Of a stretch of 64,000 bases of DNA, positions 57,810-64,000 are shown in pieces; the first letter of the stretch is position 1, and the number at the start of each line of letters is the position of its first letter. A program made the translations under genes and the position numbers. The DNA comes from Macrostomum lignano. Its lineage: Eukaryota. The stretch spans positions 62,001-126,000 of the forward strand of contig NIVC01001907.1 of NCBI GenBank assembly GCA_002269645.1. The letters run 5' to 3'. The notes beneath the pieces were generated by a model, which searched no databases, had not been told where the DNA came from, and worked only from the letters and a program-made list of their open reading frames with translations.

Positions 57810-58368
57810 TTGATATCGTGTGCAATAGTCTGTGCATGTTTTATATCGTGTGTAACGTGCTGTGCATGTTTTATATCGTGTGCAATGGTCTGTGCATGTT
57901 TGATATCGTGTGCAATATGCTGTGCATGTTTTATATCGTGTGTAACGTGCTGTGCATGTTTTATATCGTGTGCAATGGTCTGTGCATGTTTGATATCGTG
58001 TGCAATGTGCTGTGCATGTTTTATATCGTGTGCAATGGTCTGTGCATGTTTTATATCGTGTGTAACGTGCTGTGCATGTTTTATATCGTGTGCAATGGTC
58101 TGTGCATGTTTGATATCGTGTGCAATGGTCTGTGCATGTTTGATATCGTGTGCAAATGGTCTGTGCATGTTTTATATCGTGTGTAACGTGCTGTGCATGT
58201 TTTATATCGTGTGCAATGGTCTGTGCATGTTTGATATCGTGTGCAATGGTCTGTGCATGTTTGATATCGTGTGCAATGGTCTGTGCATGTTTTATATCGT
58301 GTGCAGTGTGCTGTGGGTGTTTTATATCGTGTGTAACGTGCTGTGCGTGTTTGACATCGTGTGCAATG
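57810..58368. repeat. 30-bp minisatellite ATATCGTGTGCAATGGTCTGTGCATGTTTT
   Basis: Direct inspection. Confidence 0.97.
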
Positions 58369-58777
58369 TTCATGTCAGATAACGCTTTTCCAAGTTATTC
58401 CGATCCAACGATGTATAGTTGCTCCAGCGTCATTTTGATGGACAATCAAACAAGTTTTACGCAATTAAGCTATTGGACGATAGAAAGGAAAAAATGAGAC
58501 AATGATGAAGGGACACCCCTGCCATTTTCACTCAAGAATTATGACAAGACGAGTTCGGAAATGATAGACTCTAACTTTTTTCAACTTGACGCTGACTAAA
58601 AGCTCACAGAGCACAGCTAAACAGGTCTCTCAATTAGTGTACAAAGTAGAATAAATTTGCACTGGAAAGCCACAAAAAAACTAAACACGACGCTGAAACA
58701 ACAGAGACTATATCAACGAGCTAGTGAGCTAGCGGAGCTGTTCTCCAAGTCAAACCATTGCCAACTTAAGTGTCGTC

Positions 58778-64000
<5,223 letters not shown>

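Overview
Eukaryotic (metazoan) genomic DNA: GC-rich spliced exons embedded in introns and intergenic DNA packed with many unrelated micro/minisatellites. The style resembles a flatworm such as Macrostomum (inference, not verified). I reconstructed by hand, with GT/AG sites and consistent exon phases: (1) a 5'-truncated, highly divergent Cys-loop ligand-gated ion channel subunit (+, 307-5399); (2) tropomodulin (-, 9089-13553); (3) two tandem neuronal-calcium-sensor-like EF-hand genes with N-terminal MG (-, 20829-24242 and 25132-27633); (4) a single-exon class A peptide-type GPCR (+, ~30139-31371); (5) an intact DD34D mariner transposon (37779-39086); (6) a tandem array of at least three paralogous type II membrane proteins with a UPF0489/C5orf22-like domain that keeps a ureohydrolase-type metal-binding signature (+, 44756 to beyond 64000). 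Mobile DNA also includes MITE/foldback elements with recognisable target-site duplications and two tRNA-derived SINE families. Most notable: the secretory-pathway UPF0489 cluster (candidate luminal metallo-hydrolases, possibly peptide arginases), a 298-bp MITE carrying a degenerate 28S rRNA fragment centred on the R2/I-PpoI target site, and a minisatellite amplified from an exon/intron junction. Most long ORFs in the supplied track are tandem-repeat artefacts.
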